Source of the DNA: an uncultured Mycoplasmatota bacterium
GTDB taxonomy: Bacteria; Bacillota_I; Bacilli_A; RF39; UBA660
Assembly (NCBI GenBank): GCA_937944975.1
Contig: CALEBF010000012.1
Coordinates: 17,748 to 81,747 of the forward strand
Length of the DNA: 64,000 nt
Reading direction: 5' to 3'
Shown here: in pieces, positions 59,751 to 64,000 of the stretch
How positions within the stretch are numbered: the stretch's first letter is position 1
How the letters are laid out: every line of letters begins with the position of its first letter
The notes under the pieces: generated by a model
What the model saw: the letters and a program-made list of their open reading frames with translations, nothing else
Told to the model about the DNA's origin: nothing
The model's database searches: none
Made by a program: the position numbers and the translations under genes

Positions 59751-60982
59751 CGTTCATTTCCTCCTAAAAATTTTTCTATTTTCTGATATACTTCTTTTAA
59801 CATACGTTCATGTTGGCTCGTCGTCTTCGGCTGAAAATATTTTTTCTGTTTGAGTGTATCCGGCAGATATTGTTGTTTTACAATTCCATTTGGATAGTCA
59901 TGAGGATATTTATAATCTTTCGAATTCGTTTTAATATGATGAGGAACGTTTCCTGCTTTTCCTTTTCGAATGTCGTTGATTGCTTCATCTAAAGCGATAT
60001 GTGCGCTATTTGATTTAGGAGAAAGAGCAAGCTCTATTACGACTGTTCCAAGTGGAATTCTAGCTTCTGGGAATCCCAAACGTTCTGCTGCTTCGATTGC
60101 AGCCATGACACGTGGACCCATCGATGGATTCGCAAGTCCTATATCTTCGTATGCAATTACTGCCATCCTTCTACAAATACTATCTAAATCTTCTACTTCG
60201 ATCAATCTTGCTAAATAGTGAAGGGCTGCATTTACATCGCTTCCTCTGATCGATTTTTGAAACGCTGATAATACATCGTAATGTCCATCTTCGTTACGAT
60301 CGTGAAAGAAGATAGGCTTTTGATGAATTCTTTCTAGTACACTTGCTGTTACGTGATAATCACTTGCTGCGTAATATGCGACTTCTAATAAATTATAGGC
60401 AGCTCTCAAATCTCCTCCAGATAAACTTGTAATCATTTGGTAACACTCTTCATCAACTACGATATTTTCTAATATGTTCGATGCTACCGCGCGTTTTAAA
60501 CCACTTATAATATCCTCTTCTTCTAATGGGAGTAGTTCAAAGATTTGACAACGACTTCGAATTGCTGGGTTGATCTTGTGGTAGGGATTAGAGGTCGTCA
60601 TCCCGATCAATATGATAAGTCCACTCTCTAAATAGGGAAGTAGTAGATCCTGTTTATCTTTATTTAAACGATGTATTTCATCCATTATGACGACCATGGA
60701 CCCATACATCTTTGCTTCTTCTATGACGATATCAAAATCTTTTTTACTATGAATGACTGCATTTAACATTCTATGGCGTAAGCCAAGTTCCTCTACGATT
60801 GCAGTTGCGATCGTCGTCTTTCCAATTCCTGGCTTTCCATATAGAATCATCGAAAATAATCTATGATTCTTTACCATGTGATATAAAATTTTATCTTTTC
60901 CTACTAAATGTTGTTGTCCAATGACATCTTCTAATTTCTTCGGACGTAATTTCATCGCTAATGGTTCGTTCATTTTTATCAC
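59747..60982 (-). CDS. rarA: replication-associated recombination protein A (AAA+ ATPase)
   Basis: Walker A GKPGIGKTT, Walker B VVIMDEIHR, and MgsA C-terminal domain. Confidence 0.85.
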   Translation of the reverse strand: MIKMNEPLAMKLRPKKLEDVIGQQHLVGKDKILYHMVKNHRLFSMILYGKPGIGKTTIATAIVEELGLRHRMLNAVIHSKKDFDIVIEEAKMYGSMVVIMDEIHRLNKDKQDLLLPYLESGLIILIGMTTSNPYHKINPAIRSRCQIFELLPLEEEDIISGLKRAVASNILENIVVDEECYQMITSLSGGDLRAAYNLLEVAYYAASDYHVTASVLERIHQKPIFFHDRNEDGHYDVLSAFQKSIRGSDVNAALHYLARLIEVEDLDSICRRMAVIAYEDIGLANPSMGPRVMAAIEAAERLGFPEARIPLGTVVIELALSPKSNSAHIALDEAINDIRKGKAGNVPHHIKTNSKDYKYPHDYPNGIVKQQYLPDTLKQKKYFQPKTTSQHERMLKEVYQKIEKFLGGNER

Positions 60983-61098
60983 CTTATATTATTTTATCAA
61001 AAATTACATCAGTTGAATAGCATCTTTTATCTGTCAAGTAGACACTTGTAGGATGAGAAATATGAAAATGCGTGATATAATGTTTATGGTGAGTAGAT

Positions 61099-62016
61099 AT
61101 GATAACAATTTATAAAAACGAAAACAGCCAATTAAAAAAACAAAAAGAAATAGAAGTAGGAACATGGATCAACGTCGATCATTTTTCAAGTGAAGAGTTA
61201 GACGAGATTCATAAAAGTACAAACATTGAATTGAGCTTACTAAAAAAATTGATGGATACGCACGAAACCGCACGTGTCGAACAGAGAGAGGATACTGTTT
61301 TGATCGTTTTAAAAGTACCGATCAAAAAATATAACGGTTATCGTACTGTACCATTAGGTATTATCGTTGCACCAAATCACATTGTGACGATTTGTAACGA
61401 AGGAAATCAAGTGTTTAAACAACCATTAGAAGATAGTTCGTTAAATCCTTTGGAGAAAACAAATTTTACGATCCAGATCTTCTACTATGTTGCAACACTT
61501 TATCTCTCTCATTTGGAAGAAGTTCAAAATGATTTGCAAAATCAGGAAAAATCACTTTACCATGCTACGAATAATACTGCATTAAAAGGGCTTATGAAAA
61601 TTGAAAAAAGTTTAGTATATTTTATGCAATCGCTATCCTCTAACGAGATGGTTTTAGAGAGGATCGCAAGTGGGAATGTACTTCCTTTATATAAAGGAGA
61701 TGAGCGTTTATTAGAAGACGCTATGATCGAAAATAGACAGGCGATCGCGATGGCAAATTTATACCAAGAATTACTGTCTAGCTTAACGGACTCTTATGGG
61801 ACGATCATTTCAAACAATCTAAATCAAATTATGAAGTTTTTAGCAGGCGTCACTATTGTAATCTCTATACCAACGATGGTATCTTCCTTCATTGGAATGA
61901 ACGTTCCACTTGGGAAACTTGGAGAAGATCCGATGGCATTTATTTATCTATGTATCTTTTCACTAATTATCTCACTTATCGTCGCATTCTATTTAAAGAG
62001 AAAGAATATGTTGTAA
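61099..62016 (+). CDS. corA: CorA-family magnesium/cobalt transporter
   Basis: GMN motif (FIGMNVPL) before the last TM. Confidence 0.8.
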   Translation: MITIYKNENSQLKKQKEIEVGTWINVDHFSSEELDEIHKSTNIELSLLKKLMDTHETARVEQREDTVLIVLKVPIKKYNGYRTVPLGIIVAPNHIVTICNEGNQVFKQPLEDSSLNPLEKTNFTIQIFYYVATLYLSHLEEVQNDLQNQEKSLYHATNNTALKGLMKIEKSLVYFMQSLSSNEMVLERIASGNVLPLYKGDERLLEDAMIENRQAIAMANLYQELLSSLTDSYGTIISNNLNQIMKFLAGVTIVISIPTMVSSFIGMNVPLGKLGEDPMAFIYLCIFSLIISLIVAFYLKRKNML

Positions 62017-62017
62017 T

Positions 62018-62902
62018 ATGAATCATTTTTTAGAGTGTATCGAAGAGTTTTTAAATTATTTATATATCGATAAAAAATATAGTGAAAATACAATTCAGTC
62101 TTATGAACGTGACCTCATGAAATACTATGAATTTCTAGGACACCCTGAATTAGAAAATGTAAAAAAAGAAGATATTAAACGCTATTTAGCCTACTTAAAA
62201 GAACAGCATCTAGGAGATAAAACGATGTCTAGAAATATATCTTGTCTACGTTCTTTTTATAAGTTTTTACTTATGGAGAGAATCATCCAAAAAAATCCAA
62301 TCGAATTTATAGAACTACCTAAAATTAGGAAGACATTACCATCCGTTCTTTCGGAAGAAGAGGTAGAGAAACTATTGGATGTTTCACTTACGGATCATTA
62401 TAGCTATCGCAATAAAGCAATGCTAGAATTAATGTATGCGACAGGACTTCGTGTGAGTGAACTCGTAAACTTAGAACTCAACGATATCGATTTTTATACA
62501 GATACTGTTCGTACGTTAGGAAAGGGAAGTAAAGAAAGAATTATTCCTCTTGGAGATTACGCAAAAGAAGCACTTCGTATCTACATTGAAGACCACCGAC
62601 CTAAAATGATGAAAAGAACACCTAATAATTATGTGTTTGTCAACAATCATGGAAATAAAATGACACGACAAGGATTTTTTAAAATACTCAAAAAGTTAGC
62701 AAAAGAAAAGGAGATTAAAACTCCATTCTCTCCACATACTTTAAGACATTCTTTTGCAACGCATCTACTCAATCACGGTGCCGATTTAAGAAGTATTCAA
62801 GAGTTATTAGGACACAGTGATATTTCAACAACACAAATTTATACGCATGTAACAAATGAAAAAGTAAAACAGGAATATGACGATTTTCACCCACATGCAT
62901 AA
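62018..62902 (+). CDS. xerD: tyrosine recombinase XerD/XerC
   Basis: RHSFATHLL ... GHSDISTTQIYTHV with catalytic Tyr. Confidence 0.8.
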   Translation: MNHFLECIEEFLNYLYIDKKYSENTIQSYERDLMKYYEFLGHPELENVKKEDIKRYLAYLKEQHLGDKTMSRNISCLRSFYKFLLMERIIQKNPIEFIELPKIRKTLPSVLSEEEVEKLLDVSLTDHYSYRNKAMLELMYATGLRVSELVNLELNDIDFYTDTVRTLGKGSKERIIPLGDYAKEALRIYIEDHRPKMMKRTPNNYVFVNNHGNKMTRQGFFKILKKLAKEKEIKTPFSPHTLRHSFATHLLNHGADLRSIQELLGHSDISTTQIYTHVTNEKVKQEYDDFHPHA

Positions 62903-62915
62903 GAAAGGAAACAAT

Positions 62916-64000
62916 ATGAAAAGAAGAAAAGATATTACGCCAACTATTTTTAGAGAATATGATTTAAGAGGTATTTATCCGACAGATATCGATAGCGATG
63001 TCGCATATACGATAGGAAAGTCGTTCGGATCTTATATTCAAACAATGGGAGAAACAACGACGATTGTTGGACACGATAATAGAGAGTCCGGAGAAGAACT
63101 ATATCAGGCTTTTTTAGAAGGGTTAAAGGAAACCGGAGTCCACGTATTATCGTTAGGGCTCGTAACGACACCAATGTATTATTATGCTAAGAAAAAAGAA
63201 AAATTAAAGACAGGTGTCATGATTACAGCAAGCCACAATCCAAGAGAGTATAATGGATTCAAAGTTTCTTTTTCGGAAGTAGGAAACGCTTATGGGGACG
63301 CCATTAGAGAATTTCAAAAGTTTACAGAAGCTTGTGAGTTTAAAGAAGGAAATGGAGATATTACGCCATATTCTATTCACGATGACTATTTAGCTTTGAT
63401 TAAAAATTCTATTAAACTCGGAAGGCATCGTATGAAAGTTGTCGTCGATTGTGGAAATGGGACTGGCTCTATTATCGTAAAAGAAGTGATGCAACAATTT
63501 CCAATCAAAGTAGAATACTTATATTGCGAAAGTGATCCAACATTCCCAAATCATCATCCAGATCCGGCTGTTTCTAAAAACATGATAGATCTTGGTAAAA
63601 AGGTGGTAGAATTAGGGTACGATCTTGGGATTGGAATTGATGGAGACGCCGATCGTGTCGGATTCGTCGATAATAAAGGAAAGGTCGTTCCGATCGATCA
63701 ATTTATGCTTTTAGTGTATCGTGATTTAAACAATCACTTAAAGAATAGAAAGGCGTTATTCGATGTAAAATGTGGAAAATCTCTCATCGATGGCCTAGAA
63801 GATTTAGGAATAGAGCCTGTGATGTATCGAACAGGTGCTAGTTATACTAATATGATGGTTAACACCGGAGATTTTGATTTTGGAGGAGAATTTTCTGGAC
63901 ATGTCTTCTTCCGCGATAAATTTCCTGGATTCGATGATGGTATTTATGCAGGATTGCGCATGATCGAAATTCTATCTAAGAAAAGAAAATCTTTTACAAA
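62916..64000 (+). CDS. phosphoglucomutase/phosphomannomutase family protein (3' partial at window edge)
   Basis: Active-site TASHNP. ATG at 62916 after AAAGGAAA. The frame runs off the window. The minus-strand ORF 62950-63174 inside it is spurious. Confidence 0.75.
   Translation, partial: MKRRKDITPTIFREYDLRGIYPTDIDSDVAYTIGKSFGSYIQTMGETTTIVGHDNRESGEELYQAFLEGLKETGVHVLSLGLVTTPMYYYAKKKEKLKTGVMITASHNPREYNGFKVSFSEVGNAYGDAIREFQKFTEACEFKEGNGDITPYSIHDDYLALIKNSIKLGRHRMKVVVDCGNGTGSIIVKEVMQQFPIKVEYLYCESDPTFPNHHPDPAVSKNMIDLGKKVVELGYDLGIGIDGDADRVGFVDNKGKVVPIDQFMLLVYRDLNNHLKNRKALFDVKCGKSLIDGLEDLGIEPVMYRTGASYTNMMVNTGDFDFGGEFSGHVFFRDKFPGFDDGIYAGLRMIEILSKKRKSFT

Noticed and set aside
62018-62902. Tyrosine recombinase as a marker of an integrated mobile element
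   Set aside because: The sequence is a typical housekeeping XerD/XerC (RHSFATHLL...GHSDISTTQIYTHV). It is flanked by corA and a phosphohexomutase, with no att-like repeats or phage genes, so it is a chromosomal dimer-resolution recombinase.

Overview
This is a chromosomal segment from a low-GC, endospore-forming Firmicute. Most of it is core housekeeping with partly Bacillus subtilis-like gene order: spoIIGA-sigE, then sigG, separated by pgi and a lipoprotein gene; lspA-rluD; lexA divergent from a small SOS gene, then tkt-sirA-yneF; murF; comN-secDF-rel-dtd; a T-box leader with hisS-aspS; an OmpR/HK two-component pair; rpsO-pnp; holA; gpsA; rarA; corA; xerD; and a partial phosphohexomutase at the 3' edge. 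No rRNA, tRNA or CRISPR array was seen.

Three accessory regions stand out against this backbone.
1. 1505-4556 (minus strand): a markedly AT-richer, translationally coupled four-gene operon encoding a radical-SAM protein, a hypothetical protein, a P-loop kinase-like protein and a GT2 glycosyltransferase. Its function is unknown.
2. 23.6-24.6 kb: a type III toxin-antitoxin (ToxIN/AbiQ-like) module, with about 2.9 tandem 34-nt repeats, a rho-independent terminator, and a ToxN/AbiQ-family toxin gene, all inside an AT-rich non-coding islet.
3. 35.2-42.9 kb: a cluster of seven lineage-specific secreted or surface proteins (Cys-rich, Gly-rich, and three paralogous small proteins). Each transcription unit has its own near-consensus sigma-A promoter and terminator. 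None has a recognisable function, so this is a candidate undescribed surface system.

Also noted: LexA boxes in front of a 48-aa divergent membrane-protein ORF, a nitroreductase gene lying inside the T-box-controlled hisS-aspS operon, and an ABC-ATPase pseudogene remnant.
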